Virus record (IMG/VR): IMGVR_UViG_3300020576_006967
Location: 32,001 to 96,000 of that record
DNA: 64,000 nucleotides
Source of the DNA: a virus
Taxonomy: Duplodnaviria > Caudoviricetes
Direction: 5' to 3' (one strand)
The notes under the pieces are model-generated. The model did no database searches, had not been told where the DNA came from, and saw only the letters and a program-made list of their open reading frames with translations. The translations under genes were made by a program, and so were the position numbers. Below are positions 20,031-29,844 of the stretch, one piece after another (within the stretch, counting starts at the first letter, position 1; every line of letters starts with the position of its first letter).

Positions 20031-21198
20031 AATAAACAACATAGATGAGTTTTGCAAGTTGTATAAAATCAACATTCCTGTAAAAGAGGATTTTGACTAT
20101 TATATTGAAACACTATTGAGGTCGCCCGAATATAGCGCTGAGGATTTAAATAAAAAATTCAACGACTTTGCTTTGTTTGAGCTATACGCTGAAAAAAACA
20201 ATTTTTTAAGTGTTAGCAAACTAAAAATGTATTGTCTTGATACTGTGGCTGATTATATAAAATCTACAAGCGCATACGCAAGTCTTCAAGAAAAAGAACT
20301 TCCAAAAAAAGCGCTTAACACCAAAGATTGGACAAGCACCGTAGAAGAAACAGATTTGTTGATGTCGATTGATTTCAGAAGCGCCAATTATAGTGTTTTG
20401 AAGACGTTTGATAACGCAAACGAGTTAAAGGGGTCCTGGAGGGAGCTATGTGAATCTTTGTTGATCCCAGAGGCTCTTATTGAGTCTAAATCATTTAGAC
20501 AACTTGTATTCGGCAACACAAACCCTAAGAGATTACAGGTTTTTCAACATTTAAATATGATACTCATTAAGGAGGCTCTTGAACTATTGGGTGTTCGTGA
20601 TGAGGATGTTTCTTTTTTGTCTGATGAAAATAGCTATATTTTTGTTTCTCACGATGAGGTAATTGTAAAAATACCTAATAGTTATGCTGCAAAAAAAATA
20701 GAAGATTTTTTAAGTTTTTTAAATACTGAATCAAATACAATGCTTACAAAAGCAACATATTTTACATTGTTAAAACTTAAAAAGAATCTTTATGTAAAAA
20801 CGGTATATGAATTGGGTGATAAAGTGGGTGATAAATTTGTTGTACAAAAATTTAAAACTCTTCACGGAGCGCCAGGGAATAAATTTTATATGTTGTTTAA
20901 AGAACATATTTTAAATGAGACATATGATGATAGGGATTTGGTATACATGAATGATGGAGAATTGGGTAGATGGGTAATTGAAAAGCCCAAGGCTCATCTT
21001 CCTAATTATCCAAAACCGAAAGTTGTATTATCTGTTGAAGATGCAACTCATCAATATTCAAGAGTCTGGGATAAAATTGGCGAGTTGATACCGAATTTAA
21101 CAAAAGAAGAGAAGAGAAGGATTGTGGAGATTGTTGCAAACACCTGTCATCACTGCTGGGGAATGGAAGTTGGGTGTAATTGTCATAGAGATGAATAA
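20023..21198 (+). CDS. Hypothetical protein, possible polymerase-palm-like fold
   Basis: SIDFRSANY and VSHDEV motifs; start reassigned to ATG 20023. Confidence 0.45.
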   Translation: MGRINNIDEFCKLYKINIPVKEDFDYYIETLLRSPEYSAEDLNKKFNDFALFELYAEKNNFLSVSKLKMYCLDTVADYIKSTSAYASLQEKELPKKALNTKDWTSTVEETDLLMSIDFRSANYSVLKTFDNANELKGSWRELCESLLIPEALIESKSFRQLVFGNTNPKRLQVFQHLNMILIKEALELLGVRDEDVSFLSDENSYIFVSHDEVIVKIPNSYAAKKIEDFLSFLNTESNTMLTKATYFTLLKLKKNLYVKTVYELGDKVGDKFVVQKFKTLHGAPGNKFYMLFKEHILNETYDDRDLVYMNDGELGRWVIEKPKAHLPNYPKPKVVLSVEDATHQYSRVWDKIGELIPNLTKEEKRRIVEIVANTCHHCWGMEVGCNCHRDE

Positions 21199-21202
21199 TA
21201 AT

Positions 21203-21233
21203 TTTGAATATTTCAACAATAATCTTAACTTTG
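21203..21233 (+). promoter_or_regulatory. Bacteroidota-type promoter TTTG...TAACTTTG
   Basis: -33 and -7 elements ahead of ATG 21247. Confidence 0.65.
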
Positions 21234-21246
21234 TAAAAAAATAATA

Positions 21247-21681
21247 ATGGAGACCTTAAAGGAAAAAATTTCAAGAGAATATGTAGAAGCTTTTAAAGCT
21301 AGAGAGATTGTTAAAAAAAATCTTCTTGGCGTTATTAAAGCAGAAATCACAACACAAGAAAAAAACTCTTCTGTTGCAGATCTTACAGATGAAAATGTTT
21401 TAAAAATTGTAAAAAAAATAGCTAAAAATTTACAAGAAACGATTTCTCAAGCAGACAATGACGAGTCGAGACAAGAACTCGCTGTTGTGGAAGCGTATTT
21501 GCCACAACAAATGTCTGAAGCTGAAGTTGAAATTGAAGTTGGTAAAATTATATCTGAAATTGGTGCATCTTCTCCTTCTGATATGGGAAAAGTTATGGGC
21601 GGTTTTAATTCTAAATATGCTGGAAAGGCTGACAATAAAACTGTGTCAGTTATTGTAAAAAAATTATTACAAAACCATTAA
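21247..21681 (+). CDS. GatB/YqeY domain protein
   Basis: YLPQQMS, DMGKVMG, GKAD. Confidence 0.9.
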   Translation: METLKEKISREYVEAFKAREIVKKNLLGVIKAEITTQEKNSSVADLTDENVLKIVKKIAKNLQETISQADNDESRQELAVVEAYLPQQMSEAEVEIEVGKIISEIGASSPSDMGKVMGGFNSKYAGKADNKTVSVIVKKLLQNH

Positions 21682-21692
21682 AAATTTTTCAA

Positions 21693-22133
21693 ATGAATAA
21701 AATTTTAACAACAATTATCGTTCTTTTTAGTCTTATAGCTTTAGGGCAAAATGACGAGGGTAAACAAATAAATTATTTGACTGGTTCATCACAAATTGGC
21801 GGCTACACAGTTGTTACTAAAACGATGAATATTTCTTCTTATACATTCACTTCATCAAGCGTGCGTGCCCCAATTTTACAGGTTTACGTGTGCGATAAAA
21901 GCAAATTTGTTGGTGGAATATTAGAGGATGAAAAGGGTAAAAAAACAACAATCTTAAATTTAAGATTGGTTGAATTTGGTAAAGAATTAAAATTTGAAGT
22001 AATTGGTAAAGATTTTACAAAATACTTGCTTGTAGATGATGGAGAAATGTTGCAGGAAGAAAAAAACTTTTCAACTTTTTATATGAGCGGAGTTGGCATA
22101 TGGAAAATCTATAAAAAAGTTCTCCAAAAATAA
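21693..22133 (+). CDS. Secreted hypothetical protein
   Basis: N-terminal signal peptide ending LGQ. Confidence 0.55.
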   Translation: MNKILTTIIVLFSLIALGQNDEGKQINYLTGSSQIGGYTVVTKTMNISSYTFTSSSVRAPILQVYVCDKSKFVGGILEDEKGKKTTILNLRLVEFGKELKFEVIGKDFTKYLLVDDGEMLQEEKNFSTFYMSGVGIWKIYKKVLQK

Positions 22134-22187
22134 AATTATTTTTTGTTTATTGGAGAAAATTAAATATATTTCTCTAAAAACAAAAAA

Positions 22188-22712
22188 GTGAATCAATTAA
22201 TTAAATATACAGGCAAACTTGTTTTTGACCCACCAAATAAAACTAAAAAGCATGAACTTCAATCTGAATGGAAAAAGGTTGCTATTATTGAGTTTGGAGG
22301 AGATCTTTGCGATTACTATGCGTGGTTTATAAAAAAAAGGTTTAATCTAATCTTAAACCGTTCCGTAAGAGAACCACACGTTACATTCATAAACGATAGT
22401 GTGAGGGACATATCAACAAATAACAATAATATAACAACCGAACAGGTTGAAAAGCTGTGGGAACAGTTTAAAACAAAATGGAGTGGAAAAGAAGTTGATA
22501 TAACTCTTAATCTACACCCAGCTACCAATAACAAACATTGGTGGTTTGTAGTTGATTTTGATCACAGAGAAGAACTTCACAAAATAAGAAAAGAAATAGG
22601 TTTACCAAGACCTTTTTTTGGATTACATATGACCATAGGCCTAGTTAATCCATTATGTGTAGAACATTCAGAATACATTGATAGATGTATAAAAAAAGGT
22701 TTAATTTTTTAA
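22188..22712 (+). CDS. 2H phosphoesterase-like protein
   Basis: Two HxT motifs: PHVTF and LHMTIG. Confidence 0.65.
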   Translation: MNQLIKYTGKLVFDPPNKTKKHELQSEWKKVAIIEFGGDLCDYYAWFIKKRFNLILNRSVREPHVTFINDSVRDISTNNNNITTEQVEKLWEQFKTKWSGKEVDITLNLHPATNNKHWWFVVDFDHREELHKIRKEIGLPRPFFGLHMTIGLVNPLCVEHSEYIDRCIKKGLIF

Positions 22713-22752
22713 TAATTGAATGTTCTATATTTTTTTTATACTATTTATTAGT

Positions 22753-23466
22753 ATGAAAAATAAAAAATGCAACAAATGCAACATAACTAAAGACTATAAA
22801 TTTTTTGCTATAAAGAAAACCTCTAAAGACGGATATAGTGGTATATGTAAAGAGTGTAAAAAAGAGTATGATAAGGTGTTTCGTGAAAACAATAGCGTTA
22901 AATTAGTTAACAACCGAAAAAATAATTATTTAAAAAATAAAAATAAGATTAATGAGCACAACAAGTTATATAAAATAGAAAATGCTGAAAAAATAAAAAA
23001 GTATCAAGATGAATATAGGTTGATAAATAAAGAAGAAGCTAAAATTTATCAAAAACAATATAGAGAAAAAAATAAAGCAAAAAGAAATTTAAAAGAAAAA
23101 AATCGTAAAAAAAGCGATCCTTTATATAAATTAACTTGCAATCTAAGAGTTATGTTGTGTGATATTTTTAAAAAAAATGGATATAATAAAAATTCTAAAA
23201 CTGAAGAAGTGTTAGGTTGCTCTTTCCAAGAATTTAAATCTTATATTGAATCTAAATTTGAGATATGGATGAAATGGGAAAATCATGGTTTTTATAACGG
23301 GGAATTAAGTTTTGGCTGGGATATTGATCATATTATTCCTTTGGTAAAAGCTAAATCTGAAAAAGAAATTATAAAATTAAATCACTACACGAATTTACAG
23401 CCACTTTGTAGTCATATAAATAGAGATATAAAAAAAGATAAAATAGCAGAAAAAGACGTAGAATGA
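22753..23466 (+). CDS. HNH-type homing endonuclease
   Basis: CxxC...CKEC N-terminus; WDIDHIIP...HYTNLQPL; TATTTAT at 22742 supports start 22753. Confidence 0.75.
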   Translation: MKNKKCNKCNITKDYKFFAIKKTSKDGYSGICKECKKEYDKVFRENNSVKLVNNRKNNYLKNKNKINEHNKLYKIENAEKIKKYQDEYRLINKEEAKIYQKQYREKNKAKRNLKEKNRKKSDPLYKLTCNLRVMLCDIFKKNGYNKNSKTEEVLGCSFQEFKSYIESKFEIWMKWENHGFYNGELSFGWDIDHIIPLVKAKSEKEIIKLNHYTNLQPLCSHINRDIKKDKIAEKDVE

Positions 23467-24146
23467 AAAGAGATTATAAAAAAGATGCAGCAGTTATATT
23501 ATTAAAAGAATCTTTTGTAAAGGTTTTTTTAAAATATACAACAATTGAAAATGTAGACAAACTTTGGAAACAAGTTTTGAGAATTTATACTGGCAAAAAT
23601 AGACACTACCACAATATTGATCATATTGCTCACATGGTTAATTTATGGGAGCTATTTTATGATAAGCTAACATATCCAGATGAGATATTTATGGCAATAA
23701 TTTATCATGATATTGTGTATAGTTCAAGAGGGAAAGATAATGAAGAAAAAAGTGCTGATTTATTTATGGCTATTTGGCATTCATTTGACTGGGAAAAATT
23801 TGACAACTCTAAATTTAATTTTGTTGCAGAGGCCATAAAAGCTACAACACATAGAGATTTAAAAATGTCTATGCATGAAGATGTAAAATTTTTGTTAGAT
23901 TTTGATCTTCACATTCTCTCTACACCACATCAAGATGAATACGAGTGGTATCGTCTAGGTGTTAGAAAAGAATATTCTCATGTGTCTTTAAAAAAATATA
24001 AGGAAGGCCGCAAAGCCGTACTGGAAAGCTTTTTAAAGAGAAAAGAAATTTATTTAACCCAGACGTTTAAAATTAACGAAAAAAAAGCTAGAAAAAATTT
24101 GAAGAATGAAATAAATTTGTATCTTTGTGAAAATAAAAACAAATAA
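23463..24146 (+). CDS. HD-superfamily phosphohydrolase
   Basis: RHYHNIDH, YHDIVY, LDFDL, RKEY. Confidence 0.8.
   Translation: MKRDYKKDAAVILLKESFVKVFLKYTTIENVDKLWKQVLRIYTGKNRHYHNIDHIAHMVNLWELFYDKLTYPDEIFMAIIYHDIVYSSRGKDNEEKSADLFMAIWHSFDWEKFDNSKFNFVAEAIKATTHRDLKMSMHEDVKFLLDFDLHILSTPHQDEYEWYRLGVRKEYSHVSLKKYKEGRKAVLESFLKRKEIYLTQTFKINEKKARKNLKNEINLYLCENKNK
24098..24127 (+). promoter_or_regulatory. Bacteroidota-type promoter TTTG...TATCTTTG for clpP
   Basis: Elements at 24098-24101 and 24120-24127. Confidence 0.6.
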
Positions 24147-24150
24147 ACAC

Positions 24151-24849
24151 ATGGATAATTCAAAAGAATTTAGAAAGTTTGCCACTGGGCACCTAGGAAT
24201 TAGCAGCTTAAAGCTAGACAATTATAACAAGGTGTTAACGCCTAAAATTTACCACAAGCCAACAAATATGACTCCTTATATTATAGAGGAGAGACAACTT
24301 AATGTGGCTCAAATGGATGTATTTTCAAGATTAATGATGGATCGTATTATTTTTCTTGGAACAGGTATAGACGATTATATCGCAAATATTATTAACGCAC
24401 AACTTCTTTTTTTAGAATCAGTTGATACCAAAAAAGACATTAGCATCTACATAAACTCTCCAGGTGGTTCTGTTTATGATGGTCTGGGTATTTATGATGT
24501 TATGCAATTAGTTAAACCGCCAATTGCAACAGTAAACACAGGTATGGCAGCATCTATGGCTTATGTTTTAATGGTGGCTGGTCAAAAAGGAAAAAGAATG
24601 ACACTGCCACACGCTAGATTTATGCAGCACCAACCGATGGGTGGAGCAGGTGGACAAGCTTCAGATATTGAAATCATGAATACTCAAATTCAAGCGTTGA
24701 AAAAAGAGTTGTATGAAATTATAGCTTTGCACACTGGACAAAAATACGATAAAATTTACGCAGATTGTGACCGTGATTATTTTATGGTTGGTCAAGAAGC
24801 AGTTAATTATGGCTGTTGTGATGGAATTTTAAGCCGTATAAAAAAATAA
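24151..24849 (+). CDS. clpP: ClpP protease
   Basis: DVFSRLMMDRIIFLG, YINSPGGSV, AASM, HQP; Bacteroidota-like N-terminus. Confidence 0.95.
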   Translation: MDNSKEFRKFATGHLGISSLKLDNYNKVLTPKIYHKPTNMTPYIIEERQLNVAQMDVFSRLMMDRIIFLGTGIDDYIANIINAQLLFLESVDTKKDISIYINSPGGSVYDGLGIYDVMQLVKPPIATVNTGMAASMAYVLMVAGQKGKRMTLPHARFMQHQPMGGAGGQASDIEIMNTQIQALKKELYEIIALHTGQKYDKIYADCDRDYFMVGQEAVNYGCCDGILSRIKK

Positions 24850-25544
24850 TGAAAACACTTGCAATTTTTCCAGGTTCTTTTAACCCATTTACAATAGGGC
24901 ATCAAAATGTATTGGAAAAAGCGGAAGCAATTTTTGGAAAAGAAAATGTGGTAATTGCAGTGGGTATAAACCCAGACAAAAACCCTTTCAATTCTGGGAC
25001 TTGGTCTCAAGCAACAAAAGCTCCGCATGTACGAACAATTCAAAAAAACCTACCATCTAAAACGGTGGTAGGTTTTTATGATTTTCTTACAGATTTTGTT
25101 TGGGAAAAAGAACAAGAAGGTTATAACGTGGTTGTTGTAAAGGGTCTTAGAAATGGCACTGATTTTGAACATGAGAATACTCAATTGAGATACATGCAAG
25201 ACATGAAACCAGATTTAAAGATTGTATACATACCTTGTGATAGGCACTTGGAGCACGTATCTTCAAGTGGATATAGAAGTTTAGAAAAAATAAAACCAGC
25301 AGCAGGGTTTAAATATTTAGCCAAAGAACATGAAATTGAATCATCACCAACTGCAAAAGAAATTGAAAGTTTTGATAATGTAGTAATTGTTGACAAAAAT
25401 GCAATTGACATGTTAGAAAAATATAGGTTGTTGCCAAAAAAACAAGTCACAAATGAAGTTTTTGATTTTTCTGGAACATATAAAGAATGTTTAATTTGGA
25501 TTAAAGAACAAGAAGCAAACAAAAATAATGAAAAAACCGATTAA
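24849..25544 (+). CDS. coaD: Phosphopantetheine adenylyltransferase-like
   Basis: AIFPGSFNPFTIGH, KGLRNGTDFEHE, VSSS. Confidence 0.8.
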   Translation: MKTLAIFPGSFNPFTIGHQNVLEKAEAIFGKENVVIAVGINPDKNPFNSGTWSQATKAPHVRTIQKNLPSKTVVGFYDFLTDFVWEKEQEGYNVVVVKGLRNGTDFEHENTQLRYMQDMKPDLKIVYIPCDRHLEHVSSSGYRSLEKIKPAAGFKYLAKEHEIESSPTAKEIESFDNVVIVDKNAIDMLEKYRLLPKKQVTNEVFDFSGTYKECLIWIKEQEANKNNEKTD

Positions 25545-25845
25545 CATAAACGGCAGAGACTATTTTTATGAGATTTGCATTGGCGAAGGAGAATTCCAAG
25601 ACTTTACTTATACTGCATTTTTCGTTAAAGGAGAGCCAGTTAATAAAAGAGTAATAAAAAGAAAATTTATCTTTTTTGGACCAATCATTTATGACGAGAC
25701 TATAAAAGTAGATAGATTCATTAAATGTTTTGAAATAGGAATAGATTTAAGTAATGGCTCAATTGTAGATCCAGAAATAATAAAGAGGGTTGAAGAAAAA
25801 CACAATAGAAAAATAGTTATTACAGACAAAGAACTAGCAATTTAA
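25528..25845 (+). CDS. Hypothetical protein
   Basis: Coupled ORF. Confidence 0.55.
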   Translation: MKKPININGRDYFYEICIGEGEFQDFTYTAFFVKGEPVNKRVIKRKFIFFGPIIYDETIKVDRFIKCFEIGIDLSNGSIVDPEIIKRVEEKHNRKIVITDKELAI

Positions 25846-26657
25846 TGTTTAAAATAGTTTTAATATCAGATACTCACAATAAGCATAGGAACATTTATGT
25901 TCTTAAACCTGAAGACTCTTTGCAAAACATGGATGTCTTATACAATATAAGTGGAAATTCTTTTATGCCAGCTGAAGCTGACATGATTATTCATGCTGGC
26001 GATATGAGTAACATGGGCTATGAAACAGAGGTTGAGGATTTTTTAAAATGGTTCAGCGAACTGCCATATAAATACAAAATTTTAATTGCTGGTAATCACG
26101 ATTGGTTATTTGAACTACAAAGAGGTATTGCTAAAGATATGTTGAAAAAATATCCTAACATTATTTATTTAGAAAATGATTTTGTAGAGATTGATATGAA
26201 TGAGGGTTTTGCCTCTCTTGCAAATTCTGGAGAAGAAGGTTCTACAATTGTTCCGTCTAATAAATTAAAAATTTGGGGCTCACCAATAACCCCATGGTTT
26301 CACTCGTGGGCCTTCAATAAAATTAGAGGTGATGAAATTAATAGGTATTGGGCGCATATACCAGATGATATTGATATCTTGGTGACGCACGGACCGCCAC
26401 ATGGAATTCTTGACATGGTTCTTGAAGGTTCTGAAAAGGGTTGTGAAATGCTTATGGAAAGAATAAAACAAATCAAACCGAAACTACACGTTTTTGGCCA
26501 TATTCATGAAGCTGCTGGACACGAAGAAAAAGATGAAATACATTTTGTCAATGCATCTTTGGTTAATGTGAGAATGCAATTAATGCATAAACCTACAATT
26601 TTTGAAGTGGATGAAAATAAAAATTTTACACGAATACCAAACGAAATACCAAAATAA
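25845..26657 (+). CDS. Metallophosphoesterase (MPPED-like)
   Basis: ISDTH, HAGD, AGNHD, THGPP, FGHIHE. Confidence 0.9.
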   Translation: MFKIVLISDTHNKHRNIYVLKPEDSLQNMDVLYNISGNSFMPAEADMIIHAGDMSNMGYETEVEDFLKWFSELPYKYKILIAGNHDWLFELQRGIAKDMLKKYPNIIYLENDFVEIDMNEGFASLANSGEEGSTIVPSNKLKIWGSPITPWFHSWAFNKIRGDEINRYWAHIPDDIDILVTHGPPHGILDMVLEGSEKGCEMLMERIKQIKPKLHVFGHIHEAAGHEEKDEIHFVNASLVNVRMQLMHKPTIFEVDENKNFTRIPNEIPK

Positions 26658-26661
26658 AAAA

Positions 26662-27027
26662 ATGGAAACAATAGAAAAAACACTGCCAGCGATAAAAACA
26701 GAAATAACATTTGATGAATACATGAAGCTAGATATTCGTTTGTGTCTTATTACCTCAGTAGAAAAAATAGAAGGAAAAGATAAGTTGTATAAATTTGAAA
26801 TAAATACAGGAGTGGATAAAAGAGTTGTTGTAAGCGCAATAGCTCATCAAATTTCTGCTGATAAGCTTAAGTGGCGAACAATTCCATTTGTTTTAAACTT
26901 GGTGCCAAGAAAAATTGCTGGTATAGAATCGCAAGGTATGATAGTTATGGCAGAGGGTCTTGATGGTAACTATATTCAATTAGAATCATCAGTTGGCGCT
27001 AATGGCTTAGGAGCAAACGTTATATAA
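26662..27027 (+). CDS. tRNA-binding OB-fold protein (CsaA/Trbp/MetRS-C-like)
   Basis: KLDIR, DKL, NLVPRKIAGIESQGM. Confidence 0.85.
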   Translation: METIEKTLPAIKTEITFDEYMKLDIRLCLITSVEKIEGKDKLYKFEINTGVDKRVVVSAIAHQISADKLKWRTIPFVLNLVPRKIAGIESQGMIVMAEGLDGNYIQLESSVGANGLGANVI

Positions 27028-27028
27028 T

Positions 27029-27370
27029 ATGAAGACTTGGCATAAAGAAGCGATAGTGGTTGGATTAGTTTTATTTATTCAATTATTTTTTACTCAGTTT
27101 AAATTAACTGAAGTGATTTGCTCTTTTGCTGTGTATTATACTTTCTTACATGCTCAAGTAGCAGATAGGATGCAAGAGAGACAAGCTTTGCAAGTAAAAC
27201 CAGATGTGGAGTGTTACAAGAAATCAAATATTTATTTCATGGCAAAAGAAGCATTGTGGATAACATTTTTTTTAATGACAAGTTCATATGCGGCATTGTC
27301 TGGGGCAATATTATTTTTTCTTTACCCAGTGTGGCGTAGATATTATAGAAAATTAAAACCAATTTTATAA
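27029..27370 (+). CDS. Membrane protein
   Basis: Multiple hydrophobic segments. Confidence 0.6.
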   Translation: MKTWHKEAIVVGLVLFIQLFFTQFKLTEVICSFAVYYTFLHAQVADRMQERQALQVKPDVECYKKSNIYFMAKEALWITFFLMTSSYAALSGAILFFLYPVWRRYYRKLKPIL

Positions 27371-27600
27371 TGAAAGACGCAATAATTTCAATATTGGGTA
27401 AAAATCATAAGCACCCAATTCAATTTGATGAAGTTTTAAGTCATTCTGAAATATATGGGCTTTATACCTACAAAGGTAGTGTGCGTGTGATTAGAGAAGG
27501 AATGGATATTAATTTTGACGTACTTCTTCCAGAAGAACAAAATAAAGTTGTAAAGTTGGTAGAGTCTAAAAAATGGTCAGTTAACAAAGCATTGCAATAA
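27370..27600 (+). CDS. Hypothetical protein
   Basis: Coupled ORF. Confidence 0.55.
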   Translation: MKDAIISILGKNHKHPIQFDEVLSHSEIYGLYTYKGSVRVIREGMDINFDVLLPEEQNKVVKLVESKKWSVNKALQ

Positions 27601-28607
27601 TGGAAAAAGAAGAAAAAATAAAAGATAGATTTCTTGGGGCCTTAGTTGGTTTAGCTGTTGGAGATGCCATTGGTGGCACATATGAATTCATGGCTTATAA
27701 ACTTATTAAAGACAAACCACTTACAGATATGATTGGTGGTGGTGTTCATAATTTAAAACCAGGAGAATGGACAGATGATACCACAATGGCGTTGTGTTTG
27801 GCAGAAAGCTTTATTGAACACAAAGGTTTTAACGCAGTTGATCAAATGGAGAGATATTTAAAGTGGTATCGTCAAGGTTACAATAGTGTGAAGGGATATT
27901 GTTTTGATATTGGTGGAGCTACCAGGACTGCAATTGAATTTTTTGAACAAACTGGAAATCCTTATTATCACGATGAGTTTGCTGGTGGTAATGGTGCCAT
28001 AATGAGACTTGCACCAGTGCCAATGTTTTATTTTGGAGACACAAAAAAGGTTATTGAAATGTGTGCTGAGAATTCTAAAATGACACATGATTCAAATGAT
28101 TCTATAAGTGCGTGTATGGTGCAGGGTGCTATTATGGATGCTTGCTTTAGTGGTAAAACAAAAGAAGAAGTTGTTTTACCTTTTGCTTGGCCATTTGAAG
28201 TTTCTGAATTACATTTTAAATCAAAAGCAATTACTGAAGCAAATTATACAAATAAAACTCCTCCAGGTGAAGAAATTCATAAATCATACGAAGGTTTAAG
28301 TGCAGCTGTTGGATATGTGTCAGGTGGCGCTCATGCCCCAGACACATTGGAAGCTGCAATGTGGGGATTTGCAAATAACACAGACTTTAGAAGTGCTGTT
28401 CTTGCAACTGTAAATCTTGGAGGTGATGCAGATACAACTGGTGCTGTGTGTGGACAGATTGCTGGCGCATTTTATGGCTTATCAGGAATACCAGAAGAGT
28501 GGGTAAATAAAGTTGTTGATATTGAACGAATTAAAAATTACGCAGAAAAACTATACGAAATAAACAAAAAAAATCGAAATCCAGACGATATAAATTTGGA
28601 AAATTAA
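27600..28607 (+). CDS. ADP-ribosylglycohydrolase (second copy)
   Basis: GLAVGDAIG, WTDDT, GNGAIMR, GGDADT. Confidence 0.9.
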   Translation: MEKEEKIKDRFLGALVGLAVGDAIGGTYEFMAYKLIKDKPLTDMIGGGVHNLKPGEWTDDTTMALCLAESFIEHKGFNAVDQMERYLKWYRQGYNSVKGYCFDIGGATRTAIEFFEQTGNPYYHDEFAGGNGAIMRLAPVPMFYFGDTKKVIEMCAENSKMTHDSNDSISACMVQGAIMDACFSGKTKEEVVLPFAWPFEVSELHFKSKAITEANYTNKTPPGEEIHKSYEGLSAAVGYVSGGAHAPDTLEAAMWGFANNTDFRSAVLATVNLGGDADTTGAVCGQIAGAFYGLSGIPEEWVNKVVDIERIKNYAEKLYEINKKNRNPDDINLEN

Positions 28608-28630
28608 AAAACAATAAGTAAATTTGAATT

Positions 28631-29029
28631 ATGGAAACAATCGGAATCTTAAAACTAGTAAATGCTACTCAAAGAGTAAGCGACAAATTTCAAAAAAGAG
28701 AATTTGTATTAACAACAGAGGCTAACACGCCCTACCCACAACATGTACAATTTCAAGTAACACAAGACAAATGTGCTGTTCTTGATTCTTACAGAGTTGG
28801 AGAGGAAGTGAAAATTCAATTCAATCTGCGTGGCAGAGAGTGGAATGGTCCAGAAGGTGTAAAGTATTTTAACACGCTTGAAGCTTGGAGAATTGAAAGA
28901 GTTGGAGCTGCAACAGCACAATCTTCAGCGCCAGCGGCGACAACAAGTCAAGCGCCAGTAGCAACGACACAACAGTCTGCGCCAGTGTTTACTTCTAATC
29001 CATCGGACAACGACGATTTACCCTTTTAA
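28631..29029 (+). CDS. DUF3127 SSB-like protein
   Basis: FQKREFV, FNLRGREW, YFNTLEAWRI, acidic DDLPF tail. Confidence 0.85.
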   Translation: METIGILKLVNATQRVSDKFQKREFVLTTEANTPYPQHVQFQVTQDKCAVLDSYRVGEEVKIQFNLRGREWNGPEGVKYFNTLEAWRIERVGAATAQSSAPAATTSQAPVATTQQSAPVFTSNPSDNDDLPF

Positions 29030-29030
29030 G

Positions 29031-29526
29031 GTGGAAGTAAATTACGGAAAATACACTTTCTTTTGGAAAAACAAAAGCCCGTTTAGTCAGTGGAACCGAG
29101 TTGGTTTCACTCTAAACGGGCATTTTTTCAAAACAGCTGAACACTGGATGATGTATCGAAAAGCAATGTTGTTTGGAGATATTGAAAGTGCTAAAAAAGT
29201 TTTAGCAACTGAAAGCCCTGCTGATGTAAAAAAAATTGGAAGAGAAGTAAAAGGTTTTGTAAAAGATCTTTGGGAACTAAATTGCAAAGAAATTGTCTAC
29301 AAAGGTAACCATGCAAAGTTCACTCAAAATCCTGATATTCTAAAAGTATTAATGGACACTGGTGATACAATTCTTGTAGAGGCTAGTCCATACGATGCAG
29401 TATGGGGGAATTGGTTTAGATGAAGAAAATGCAAAAAAAACAAATCCAAAAGATTGGCCTGGCACAAACTACCTAGGGGAAGTATTGACAAAATTAAGAA
29501 TTGATCTTAAAACAAAGGCGGCATGA
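29031..29526 (+). CDS. NADAR (YbiA-like) protein, frameshifted at the G run 29404-29408
   Basis: PFSQW, TAEHWMM, LVEASPYDAVWG; removing one G gives IGLDEENA...WPGTNYLGEVLTKLR to stop 29526. Confidence 0.85.
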
Positions 29527-29843
29527 AAAATCAAAACAACACAACAATAGCCGAATATATGGGTGCCACTTTTTACGAAGGTGTTTGGAGAGTAGATTCT
29601 TCTAAATGCTCTGTAGCACACATATTAGATAATTGTCAAGATGATGAACTTAAATTTGATTCTAGCTGGGACTGGCTTATGCCAGTTGTAGAAAAATTAG
29701 AGTCAGAAGGTTATGAAATGGATATATGTGAAAATTTTGTTGAGGTTAGTTATGGCCCAGACGAAACTTACGTTGGAGATTTTGTAGAAAAAACTAAATT
29801 TAAAGCTGTTCTTGCAGCTTGTGTAAAAATTATAAACGGATAA
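29523..29843 (+). CDS. Phage hypothetical protein (SWDWLMPVVEK family)
   Basis: FDSSWDWLMPVVEKLE motif. Confidence 0.6.
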   Translation: MKNQNNTTIAEYMGATFYEGVWRVDSSKCSVAHILDNCQDDELKFDSSWDWLMPVVEKLESEGYEMDICENFVEVSYGPDETYVGDFVEKTKFKAVLAACVKIING

Positions 29844-29844
29844 T

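Noticed and set aside
9561-25544. NARP1/NARP2 NAD reconstitution pathway
   Set aside because: No Nampt/Namat or PRPP-synthetase-like gene is visible, and 24849-25544 matches CoaD better than NMNAT.
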